Shown: positions 24,801-35,483 of the stretch, in pieces
Numbering within the stretch: the stretch's first letter is position 1
Layout of the letters: every line of letters begins with the position of its first letter
Assembly: GCA_027923505.1 (NCBI GenBank)
Contig: BROI01000001.1
Span: 2,604,001 to 2,668,000 of the forward strand
Direction: 5' to 3'
DNA length: 64,000 nucleotides
Origin: Mayamaea pseudoterrestris
Taxonomy: Eukaryota
The notes under the pieces: model-generated
Seen by the model: the letters and a program-made list of their open reading frames with translations, nothing else
Databases searched by the model: none
Told to the model about the DNA's origin: nothing
Position numbers and translations under genes: made by a program

Positions 24801-25901
24801 GTTCAGGCTCGCAACGTCATCCTTAGTCTGCCTAGCGCGCTTCTTCGTGGAAGGTGCAGGGCTTTCACCTAGAACTCCGGAAGCAGCAGCGGACGAGCGG
24901 CGACTGCGCCGAGGAGGAGCTGGGTCTTTTGGCAACCTTTGAAGCAAAATCGTAGTTAGCAGAGATTGGCTATCATGCAAAACCTTGGGAAACTGATCTA
25001 AAGCATCTAAAGTTTTGTTTTTGGCTTCAGTCTCCATGCGTTGGATTTGTCGCTCCTTAGCTAACTCTTCGGCTTCAAATTCTTCATCGTATTTTTCGGC
25101 CAAAGAAACAATGTCATTCATTCGGTCATCAACCTGCTGTAATAATTCTCGCTTGCTGTAACCACCAAGTACTTCTCGCTCTTGGCCAATTAGAGACTCC
25201 CTAGTACTAGAATCTGCTTTTCGCTGCTCCCGGCGATCTAGCATTTCCGCGCGCTTGGTCCAAAACTTGATCTCTTTCTCAGCGGCTCTGACATCTCGCT
25301 CAAGCTGTTTGAGAACGTGCTTCTTTTTCGTGTTGATTCGTTGAAATTCGTCATAAATTGCGCGCACCATGCGCTGCTCATGCTTCTTCTCCCTCGGCGG
25401 CCTAGGTTCCTTTGGCAGCTTCTTCTCCTTCTTGGGCTTGTCGCTTGCTTCTTGCCGCATAAGCGCAGCTACGGAAAGTGAAGGTTCAGCATAACTAATT
25501 TCATTCTTCTTGGTGGCTCGACTAGAAAACCTGCTCTTGACTAGTGGCATTTCCGGCTGTTCCTTCTTCTTAGGTCGCGCCTTGGGCGGCGGTTTGACTT
25601 CATGAAGACCTAGCTGCTGCAAATATGCCTTGTTACGTTCAATACGCTCGAGACGCTGTCGCTCATATTCGGAGAGTGGTCGACCGTCGTCGTCAAGCAG
25701 AGGTTGCGCTGCAGCAGCATTGTCCGTTTCCGTCACTTCGTCTTCTTCCTCTTTCTCCTCGTGGCTATTTGAGAAACCTTCTTGAGGTTCTTTGAATTCT
25801 TCTTCACCCTTTTCTTCCGCTTTATGCTCTTGTAGACTATCGCTTTCATTTTGTTGAGGCGCGGTCGAAAGCTTCGCTGATTCTTCGTCGGCTTCCTCCA
25901 T
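18899..25901 (-). CDS. Large chromatin reader: BRWD/PHIP-like domains, bromodomain(s), PHD finger and C-terminal triple repeat. Exons 25901-24526, 24458-23970, 23891-18899
   Basis: YAPQVGEAIL|YYPLGH and WVPQAGDNVLY (BRWD/PHIP-type); bromodomain YSCAVPVSMSL...DINLMLENCLLYNAPDS; PHD CIICGLSGDLLCCDGCSNVVHSDC...WFCEEC. Introns are in phase. Confidence 0.8.
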
Positions 25902-26062
25902 CGTTGCACTCGGTCGTTCTTGACGAATAAGGAGCCGCTTAGATTGCTCTAGGTTCGTGCAGCGGTCCAAGCAATAGTTTAAATCAATAGATTGTATATA
26001 ACTGATTAAATATGATCAGTCTTGGTGGCTATGTTAGGAGTCCAGCGGCAAGCGCGCCATGG

Positions 26063-26273
26063 TGTTGAGCATGGATGAGAACCCAAACCGAAGCGGCAGC
26101 GGTGACGTCACGAAGACGGTCACATTTAAGTAAGCGCGGTAAGCGGCAACCGAAGGAGTGGATCGAGGACGATCACTTCTTGGAGAAAATAAGTAAAGTG
26201 GTTTTATTGACTCTGTTCTGCTTAATCATTAGTGTCGCTTCAAGGGCGCGCAAGATATATTCTAGATCCAACA
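26063..26273 (+). repeat. 5' LTR (211 bp)
   Basis: Identical by eye to 31075-31285; TGTTG...CAACA inverted ends. Confidence 0.97.
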
Positions 26274-26287
26274 TTTTCTCCAAGAAG
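26274..26287 (+). promoter_or_regulatory. Primer-binding-site position, self-complementary to the LTR (non-tRNA PBS)
   Basis: TTTTCTCCAAGAAG directly follows the LTR's terminal CA, has no TGG start, and is the reverse complement of LTR 26176-26189. Confidence 0.7.
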
Positions 26288-26300
26288 CGAGTGAAAAGAC

Positions 26301-29300
26301 ATGTCTTCGACGAGCAATACTCCGACGACAGGAGCGGCGTCGAGCGGTGGAGGTGCACCTCCCGCTCCGCCAGCAAGCGAAGGAAACCGACGCAACCGTC
26401 ATTATCGTCGTGGGAATCGTGCTGGGAATCGTTCCGGGAATCAAGGCAATGGTAACAGACTCAACGGACCGAGTCGTGCGCCGAGTGGAAATTTCCAAGG
26501 AAGCGAGCCGACGCTCGCTGGATTCATCTACGACTATAACGGTTCGCGCGATCCCGATGGATTCATCCGTACGACGAACGAGATCATCACTTTCGTCGGG
26601 CGCTCCTACAAGAAATATACCAAGGAGCTGCTCAAGGGCATGCGCAACGTGGAACTGGAGATTCCTGACGAGCCTGCACGTCCAACGAAGGATGCCGACA
26701 CGACGGACTCGGACTGGTCCATAATGCTCGAGGAATACAAGGCCGACAAGAAAGAGCATGTCGAGCGCGTGCGTGTATACTCCGACTTCCTCGCTGGTCT
26801 CTACGCCGTGTTGCATGGACAATGCACGGAGCGTATGAAGGATCGTGTCAAGTCGCACGCCAAGTTCCGAGACGCCGAGGAGGACACGGACGGAATTAAG
26901 TTGCTGGCGATTATCAAGGAGATCTCGCATACGTACGAAGGGCGCTGCAAACTTGTGGATCAAGTCGTGGACATTCAAGCTGAGTTGTTCGGACGTACTC
27001 AAGGAGCGCGCGAAAGCCTGCAGAAATATTACGAAAGCATGGTCACGCTGGCAGACGTGGCGAAGGCGGTTGGCGTCACGATGCACAACGAGATTGTGGC
27101 GTTGAACATTGCCAAGGATGACAATCGTAACAAGGCGAACAAGGAGGATATCAAGGCCGCCGAAGAGCTCGAGCTTGCGATGCTTTTCGTGCGTGGCGCA
27201 ACGGGCGAATACGCTGGGTATTGCAAGCACTTGCGCAACTGCTACCTCGACGGGCACGACAACTTCCCGTTGACGATCCACGATGCATACAACATCATGC
27301 AGCGTCGTGAGCATGCGGATGGAGAAGCCACGTTGCCAACGAACGAGGGCGTGGCGTTTCACACGACTGGTACAGCGCGTGACCCTCCCAGATGCTGGAC
27401 CTGTCAACAGGTTGGTCATGTGCAGCGAGACTGTCCTACGAGAACGGAGTCTACGGAGAGTGCGCCGGCTGCAGAGGCTAGTGGGGCGCAGCACTTCACG
27501 CTGGGTAGCGAGGAAGAAAGCGATGACGACGATGAGGTCGGATACATGTTCGCGCAGCCGCCGAAGGTGAACATCTCGAAGAAGGCTGTGCTCTTGGACA
27601 ATCAGTCGACAGTGGATCTGTTCTGCAACGCCAAGATGCTGACGAACATTCGCCCGGTGCCAACGTGGATGGTGACTGGTGCAACGCTGGTACAGTAAGG
27701 ACGAACATGATGGGCGACCTGGAGGGCTATGGTCCGGTGTGGTGGTATCCGCAGGGACTGGCGAACATTTTGAGTTTGGCGCAAGTCCGCAAGAAGTTTA
27801 CCGTGGAGTATCTCATGCACGGCGTGGATCGTCCAATGTTCGTTGTGGAGAAGCCGGATGGTAAGCAGCGAGAGTTTGTCGAGACTGACTCTGGGCTGTA
27901 TGTTTGCGAGAGCTTTTCGAAGGGCAAGCGCAGCGATGTCAAGGATGGAGTGGCGATGTTGACTACGGTAGACGATAACCGTACTAACTACACCAATGAT
28001 GACTATTTACGCGCTGTTAGAGCTAGGGAACTGCAAATCAAAATTGGACGGCCAAGCCTCAAGGATTACCTGCGCATCGTTACTAGCAATCAGTTGCCGA
28101 ACTGTCCTGTGACGAAGGCCGACATCCTGGCTGCTGAGCACATCTTTGGACCAGATGTTGGCTCGTTAAAGGAAAGACGACGCGTCGCGCGTCGCATCTG
28201 GTGAAGCCTGCGATTGTTGAGCAGCTTCCACCGGCTATCATGAGTCGCTATCGAGACGTTACTCTTTGTGCTGACATCATGTATATCAACAAAGTCCCTA
28301 TGTTGGTGACGTTCTCCCGCAGCATTCGTTTTGCTACGGTTGAGGTGATTCAAAACCGTACGCTTCCGGTTATGTTGAAGGCAATCGAGTCTGTGTTGAA
28401 GATTTACGCACGCGGTGGGTTCCGTGTCGTCGCGGCTCTGATGGATGGGGAGTTCGCTCCAATGCTTGGCGCGTTGGCTGATCTCGGAGTGGCGCTCAAT
28501 GCGACATCTGAGGATGAACACGTTGGCGAAATTGAACGTTTTATCCGTGTCGTGAAAGAACGGGTGCGCGCGACATACAACACGTTGCCATTTAAGCACG
28601 TGCCGGCACGCTTGGTTATCGAAATGACGAAGTCTGCCGTGTTTTGGTGGAATGCGTTTCCGAACGAGCGTGGCATTTCGAAGGATCTCAGTCCACGCAC
28701 TATTGTGACTGGTCAGACAGTTGACTTTAATCGGCATTGCAAGTATGAATTTGGTCAGTATGTGCAAACGCATGAGTCGCACAGCAATGACATGCAGGCG
28801 CGCACGATCGGTGCGCTGGCTCTGCGCCCGACTGGTAATGTGCAGGGTGGGTTTTATTTCTTCAGTTTGTCTTCGGGCAAAGTTCTGAATCGTGGGCACG
28901 CTACGCCTTTGCCCATGCCTGATGATGTCATTGAGCGCGTGCATCGTCTCGCTCGTCAACAGAAGGCCAATCCGGGCATCGTGTTCATGGACCGCCACCG
29001 TGTTGCGGAGGCTGCTGAGCCAGTCATGTGGCACGAAGATGACGCCGAGGATGATGATGACTCTGATTATGATGACGACGCTTCTCGCGGTGACGACGAC
29101 TCTGCCGGCGGAAGCGAAGGAGTGAATGCGACCGATGACGACGACGACGACGACGATGGTGCTGACGGCGCAACGAAGGAGTGCCGAACGACGAGGATGG
29201 TGAGGCCATTGACGGCGAACTTGACGACGCGCCAGCCGTGGATGATGGCGAAATTGAAGGAGTGCCCGATGAAGGCGAAATTGAAGGAGTGCCAGCTGCT

Positions 29301-31145
29301 GCAGACGAAGAGGATTTCGATGCGCGCTATGGCCCACGCACTGGTCGGTATGGCCTGCGTGCGCGCAAACCTCGCTCGTTCGCTCATTTGTTCACGCTCG
29401 ACGCTGCAGAGGAAGTGTCGGAGCCACTCGTCACGGCACAGATGAATATGCGACAAGGTTTAAAGGCTTTTGGCGATGCTGGAGTGGAGGCAGTGCGCAA
29501 GGAAATGCAGCAGCTACACGACAGGCACGTCATGAAGGCAGTCCCCCAATGCACTCTGACTCCGCAGCAGCGCAAGGACGCTCTGGCGTATTTGATGTTT
29601 CTCAAGCGCAAGAGATGCGGGACTGTGAAGGGACGCGGATGCGCGGATGGACGCAAGCAACGAGCATACACTGCAAAGGAAGACGCAGCATCTCCAACGA
29701 TAGCGACAGAGGCCATCTTTCTGACAGCTATCATTGACGCTATGGAAGGGCGCGAGGTTGCTGTGGTTGATGTACCGGGTGCTTTCATGCAAGCGGAAAT
29801 GGATGAGTTGGTGCACGTTCGTTTCACTGGGAAGATGGTGGAGCTACTGTTGGAAATTGATCGCGAGATGTACGAGCCTTGCGTCACAATGGAGAATGGC
29901 GAGAAAGTCATGTATGTTGAATTACTCATGGCGCTTTATGGTACGCTTCGAGCAGCGCGACTATTCTGGGAGAAGTTGTCCGCAAAATTGCTTGAGTGGG
30001 GCTTCGAGAAGAACCCGTACGATCCGTGTGTGTGCAACAAGATTGTCAATGGGAAGCAAATCACCGTGGGATGGCACGTGGACGATTTGAAGATTTCGCA
30101 CGTCGACGTGAGCGTAGTGGATGAGTTCATCGCGCAGATGGATGAGGAGTTTGGCAAGGAGACTCCAATGAATAAGTCACGCGGAAAAGTGCACGACTAC
30201 CTCGGCATGGTATTGGACTATACTAAGCCTGGAGAAGTAGCAATCAACATGGTTGACTATGTGAAGAACATCCTGCATCATGCGCCAGACGACATGGATG
30301 GAACGGCAGCTACTCCGGCAGCCAGTCACTTGTTTCAGATATCGGAAAATCCTGTCATGTTGAGCGAAGCGAAGAAGCAGATTTTTGTGACGATTGTGAT
30401 GCAGTGTCTGTATCTGAGTCAGCGAGCGCGACCGGATATTCGCACAGCGATTTCTTTCTTGAGCACGAGGCTGCAGCAGCCTGACGAAGACGACTATAAG
30501 AAGGCTGCAAGAGTGATTAAATATTTACGCGGAAGCGTGGACATGGTGTTGACGCTGAAGGCGGACCAGTCCGGGATAGTCCAGTGGTGGGTGGATGCGT
30601 CGTACGCGGTGCACCCAGACATGAAGGGTCACACTGGTGGAACAATGACACTTGGCCAAGGATCAGTGTACAGTACGTCGGCTAAACAGAAGTTGGTAAC
30701 AAGAAGCTCGACGGAGAGCGAAGTTGTGGGAGTTCATGATGTGCTACCGCAGTTGCTGTGGACAGGATATTTTCTGAAGGCGCAAGGTTTCGGGGTCAAA
30801 GACACGAAATTGTATCAAGACAATATGAGTTCAATGCTGTTGGAAAAGAATGGCAGAAGCTCAAGTACAAAGCGCACGCGACACATGAATGTTCGGTACT
30901 TCTTTGTGAAAGATCGCGTGGCAGCTGGTGAAGTCAACATTGAGCATTGTCCGACCGGAGACATGGTCGCGGATTTCTTCACGAAACCATTGCAGGGAGC
31001 CCAGTTTGGCAAGCTCCGCAACCTGGTTATGAATCTGGCCTCGAGCAGTAAGTACTACTCGGCCCAAAGGAGTGTGTTGAGCATGGATGAGAACCCAAAC
31101 CGAAGCGGCAGCGGTGACGTCACGAAGACGGTCACATTTAAGTAA
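26301..31145 (+). CDS. Gag-Pol polyprotein, split by three -1 frame changes (~27678, ~28171, ~29173)
   Basis: CCHC knuckle CWTCQQVGHVQRDC; protease LLDNQST; integrase (CADIMY...MDGEF...EHVGEIERFIR); RT (VDVPGAF, ALYG, WHVDD); RNase H (WVDASY, SSTESE, YQDN, RTRHMNVRYFFVKD, ADFFTKPL). Confidence 0.93.
29241..29294 (+). repeat. 27-bp tandem duplication in the IN-RT linker (DDGEIEGVP/DEGEIEGVP)
   Basis: gatgatggcgaaattgaaggagtgccc followed by gatgaaggcgaaattgaaggagtgcca. Confidence 0.85.
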
Positions 31146-31285
31146 GCGCGGTAAGCGGCAACCGAAGGAGTGGATCGAGGACGATCACTTCTTGGAGAAA
31201 ATAAGTAAAGTGGTTTTATTGACTCTGTTCTGCTTAATCATTAGTGTCGCTTCAAGGGCGCGCAAGATATATTCTAGATCCAACA
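31075..31285 (+). repeat. 3' LTR (211 bp), preceded by short purine-rich AAAGGAGTG (PPT position)
   Basis: Identical to the 5' LTR and followed by the CATGG TSD. Confidence 0.97.
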
Positions 31286-31537
31286 CATGGCCACGCGAAA
31301 ATCGGCACGGATCATTCAGATAAGGCTTGGGCTAGTAAGTGACGCTGCGACTTCTAATACTCTTGGCGTTCCAAAATAAAAAACCATTTACTAGAAGCAG
31401 CGTAGATCTTTCCACGGCAGACGCTTGAGAGTATCACGATGAGGATGCCTGCGGCGACCACGAGAACCACCATGCGAATCACGGTGCGGAACGACTTGCA
31501 GAATCGTTGCTCGTCACCACTTGACTCGTTATCAAGA

Positions 31538-32776
31538 ATGATCATGACAAAGGATGATGAAGCAAATAATCCATCGATTGATGCAGCGACTGCTGCTTTG
31601 AAGGGTCTGCTGGGAATCGGTTCGCCTTCGACTTTAGCTGCAAAGGCAGATGTTACGAATAGCACCGTGACCGAGGCAGTTGAGCAGCCGCGTGCTGAAC
31701 CCAAGCCAGCGAGTCCCTCGCAACCTCCGCCGCAGCCTTCCAAGAAGAAGAACAATAGTAACAGAAAGAAGAAAAATAAAGCAGCAGGTGAGAGTGCGAC
31801 TCCTCCCAAGGCGCCGGTAGCGAAAACCAACGACGAGACAGCAAACGCAAATAGTACCAGCGGAAAGAAGAAGAAACAGCAAAAGCAACAGAAGAAAAAG
31901 GAGCCTGAGAATTTTGCATGGTCTGCGTTTCAGTCTTCACCAGATGCGAGCAAGCTACCGATTCCTGCCTTTCATTCTCCGGCGGCTGGTGAGGTGAAGA
32001 AGGTTGAAGCTCCATCTAAAAATGACACAATGCCCTTGCCACTCGAGACTACAGCGGAAGTAGTAGAAGAGAAGAAAGCGGAGGTTGAAACGAAAGTGAA
32101 GGAGGAAGAATTAAAAGTGGTGGAAAAGGAGCCAGAAGCTCCCAAGAGCAAGACTGGTATTGATCTTGCTGCTGTCTTAAGCGAACAAGCAGCACCAGAT
32201 TCGTCCCGACCATCTCCCTCTCTTCAGCCCAATCTACCGCCTCATCACTCCTATCCGATGCAAGGCATGCATTACAACTATCCATATCCTGGGCCAATTG
32301 CCAGCAACGCTCCGCCTCAGTACTATTCCTACCCGCAGCAGCAGCATCATCCTCAGCAACAACACTCACCTCCGCCGCTCCAGCAACTAAACTCCAATTA
32401 TCCTCCTCCGTATCCGTATAACAACAACATGTACAATCATGCGCCGCATCCTCACGCGCATACGCCGCCAGGATTTGTCACTGTTTACGCGCAAGTGCCT
32501 CAAGCACTCTTGCCAGGCAATCGCATGGTGGTGCAGTCGCCGCAGGGCTACCCCATTCATGCCGTTGTCCCGGCTGGCTTTTTGCCTGGCATGACGCTCC
32601 CGGTGCATGTCCCGTTGGGTCCTCCGCCGCACATGCAGCAGCAGCAGCAGCAGCATATGGGCCAGTCGCCTCCAGGAGGATTGCATATGCAGCAGCAGCA
32701 GCAATCCCCACCGCACATGGCGCTGCAAATGCCTGGACCGCCGCCGCCGCCGCAGAATCACAACTATGGACATTGA
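31538..32776 (+). CDS. Low-complexity P/Q/H-rich protein with a PNRC/Edc1-like decapping-activator motif
   Basis: FAWSAFQSSPDASKLPIPAF resembles the YAGxxF...LPxP motif of PNRC2/Edc1; K-rich patches; poly-Q C-terminus. Confidence 0.65.
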   Translation: MIMTKDDEANNPSIDAATAALKGLLGIGSPSTLAAKADVTNSTVTEAVEQPRAEPKPASPSQPPPQPSKKKNNSNRKKKNKAAGESATPPKAPVAKTNDETANANSTSGKKKKQQKQQKKKEPENFAWSAFQSSPDASKLPIPAFHSPAAGEVKKVEAPSKNDTMPLPLETTAEVVEEKKAEVETKVKEEELKVVEKEPEAPKSKTGIDLAAVLSEQAAPDSSRPSPSLQPNLPPHHSYPMQGMHYNYPYPGPIASNAPPQYYSYPQQQHHPQQQHSPPPLQQLNSNYPPPYPYNNNMYNHAPHPHAHTPPGFVTVYAQVPQALLPGNRMVVQSPQGYPIHAVVPAGFLPGMTLPVHVPLGPPPHMQQQQQQHMGQSPPGGLHMQQQQQSPPHMALQMPGPPPPPQNHNYGH

Positions 32777-33184
32777 TGTTTGCATGTTTGCACCGACAAT
32801 TATAGCTTGTAAAGGAATTTTTAGCAATAAAATATAGTGATTTTAAGATTCTATCTCGTAGTAAGGTGTACGTGAAGGGCAACGCTGGGCCCCTCCTTAC
32901 CGGCAGACATCAACTTAATTAAGTACGAGATCACTTGCCTTACCTACGTCCGTAATACTGCAGATACTTCTATAGCACGTTTGTTTCTCGCTCGCCGAGA
33001 TCTATTCAAAGTTCTTGCAATGGTAATGGATTGGACAACATTGTTCCCAAATGTATCATGCAAGCTTTAACAATCATCTCATCATCCAGCGACTTAGCTT
33101 ACGCAACTAATTACAAAAAATAGATTTTTACATACAACTAGAAAAGTCATAAACTCGCATAAAAGCCGTCCCGTCCCAGCTTGA

Positions 33185-34199
33185 TTAATCCTTCTTCTTA
33201 GCGGACTTTTGTTTCTTTGGCGCGGGTTCGAGCGGCTGCTTGATGGGCCCAATCGGAAGAGTCACTCCAAAAACCGTGCCACCTGCATAAATGGACCATG
33301 CCACAGCAGACGAAATCGCCGCCAACCATGGCGCAATCCAGTAGACAAAGTAATGTGCAAAATTGTCCGGATACTCGTTTCTGTTGCCGACGCCATAGAC
33401 ATACCAAGCGGTCGCAAGCATTGGGTTCATCGACGGTCCGCATAGGGGAAATAACTCGATAAGAGCGCGAATGACACCAGCAGTAAGCGTCTGCTTAATA
33501 ATGTAGTGAAATCGTCCAAAGTTGAATTCCCAATTCAAAATGTAGATTGCCATGCAAAGCAAAAATGTTGCCGAATATTCCGAAATGAATCCTTCCACTG
33601 CATGCGCATCTTCAGTCTTATACTCTGGCCCTCCAAATGGCTGCAACTTTAGTGAATCGGAAATGGCATTGTACAATGGAAAGGCAATCAATCCACCAGC
33701 CATTTGTCCAGCAATGCGAACGTAGGCGTCAGTGTACGTGACCTTTCCGAGTGCCCACATGGCCATGGTCATGGCTGGGTTTACCTATTGCGCAAAGAGA
33801 AAAGTGTCGTTAGTTTTCTTCGTCCCAAATCAACATTATTTGCCGTCGCATCATTTGCAACGCTTCAGTATTAGCTATTAGCTATAAGTAAAGCATCCAA
33901 TGCAGTGCGATTTTGTTCACACAACTCACCTGCGGCCCACCTCCAACTAAATCCGCGATAACTACACCAACGGCATGCGCAGCCCATGCCATGTTTCGAT
34001 CGTCCGTACCAAACCACTTGCCAGCACTGAACGTGCAGCCGATCATGATTAAGGTTCCAATAAACTCATGACGAAAAGACGCAAGGTATCTCCCGCCTTC
34101 GATAAAGCCAGTTGCTAGTGTAATGCCTACTCCTGGAGGAACATACACCAGCGCATCCTGGAAGAACTTGGAGAGAGCTACTACGACAGCGGCCGCCAT
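33185..34199 (-). CDS. Major intrinsic protein (aquaporin, SIP-like). Exons 34199-33930, 33784-33185
   Basis: EFIGT in helix 1, GGPQ|VNPA (first box just after the intron), second box SMNPM, and VYWIAP. Confidence 0.85.
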
Positions 34200-34545
34200 G
34201 GTGAAATTGATATTGTGGTGCGACGATGGGAATTCGTCTCGATCAGTTTCGAAGAGCGTGACACCATGCGTCATTGAAGATGTATCCGTGACTGAAAACC
34301 GACAAGCGGGATTTCACAATGGTTATCATAGCTGAACTCCACAGGTAGCGCCACTATTATATCCTACCCTACCTATCATTCAGTCATATCATGTAAAAAA
34401 AAGGAAGTCGATTTATTTATTTATTGCTGTAGTTGAGTGCCGTCCCTTGATTCCTGCTATTGCATATGGTGCTCCAATTTCAAGACGGACAGAATGCTGT
34501 GGGGCCATAGCAGTTGCAACCATTTATCATAGAGCCAAGGACACT

Positions 34546-35089
34546 CTAGAATAAGATGCCTTGTCCACCCAAAAGCACAAGAGCAATGACGGCAGCTGAA
34601 ATATAGAGGATTACGTTGGTCTGCTTTGAGTTGCTGTCCAGACCTGCCGAAGCTTCGCGCTGCAAACGCTGCTTCATTGTTTCGGAAATCCCTTGTTTAC
34701 TCGATGGAATTGGGTCAACCTGTTATTTTAGTAATAAGGACTACGTTAGAGCGCTTCATTGAAAACGTGCCAATGGAAAGGCGACAAGCTAGCGATCTTT
34801 CTCATGCAAGCAAAGGCGCATGCTTTCCTCGTCATCAAATTTAACTTACTTCATCGTCATAGTAAGTGCCAGAAGTCGGAGCTGGTTTTTGTTCCGTATT
34901 CGATTTGTCTTCATCGGACATGCGCAGACTGATGTAACCCGTCGCCCGCGGCATGGAACCAGATATCGTTCGAGCCGGTTGGAAGGTCAACGTTTTCGAT
35001 CTTTTCTTCTGCACCGACGGCGAGAACGCCTGTGTTGCTGCGCATAAAGCTATCAAGACGATTGCTGAGATAAGCTTGCTGGATGGCAT
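34546..35089 (-). CDS. Small plastid-targeted protein with a single C-terminal TM helix, function unknown. Exons 35089-34850, 34719-34546
   Basis: Signal peptide ending ATQA-FSP plus a basic/Ser transit peptide; in-phase intron; C-terminus NVILYISAAVIALVLLGGQGILF*. Confidence 0.75.
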
Positions 35090-35483
35090 GATTGAACGAT
35101 GCTATGGTTCGTTACCGTCAAGAGCGAATGTTGTGGCAGACTGGTGCAGTAGATGTGCTGGATCATCTTGCTCATTCGTTCGGCAACGAAATATCTGACT
35201 CGCGCTTGTGACGTGCCACAGGTGTCAACCATCCAACGACCCGGAAAATGATCAGCTATCATAAATCACCAGACATGGCCGAAAACTGACAAAATCTTAT
35301 CCATCTCCTAGACATAGATATCATTACTATATACATGCGGGCATGTTTTGTATCATATTTGCGAGGGTTAGCCGATGCTCTACCGAGGCGACGGATGTAC
35401 ATTGATACACCTACTGTGCTGTACTGCATACTTGTACAACGCACCACCATGATATCAGCTGTTTATGGCATTAACGAATATAG

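Larger units (their letters stand above)
26063..31285 (+). mobile_element. Full-length Ty1/copia LTR retrotransposon (diatom CoDi-like)
   Basis: TG...CA LTRs at 26063-26273 and 31075-31285, 5-bp TSD CATGG (26058-26062, 31286-31290), and domain order gag-PR-IN-RT-RH. Confidence 0.97.

Noticed and set aside
26075..26455. ORF starting in the LTR (MRTQTEAAAV..., repeated at 31087)
   Set aside because: Duplicated only because the LTRs are identical, and it starts upstream of the inferred TSS.
26262..27494. 410-aa antisense ORF over gag (also 28090-29337 over integrase)
   Set aside because: No recognisable motifs; explained as shadow ORFs of GC3-rich codon usage on the sense strand.
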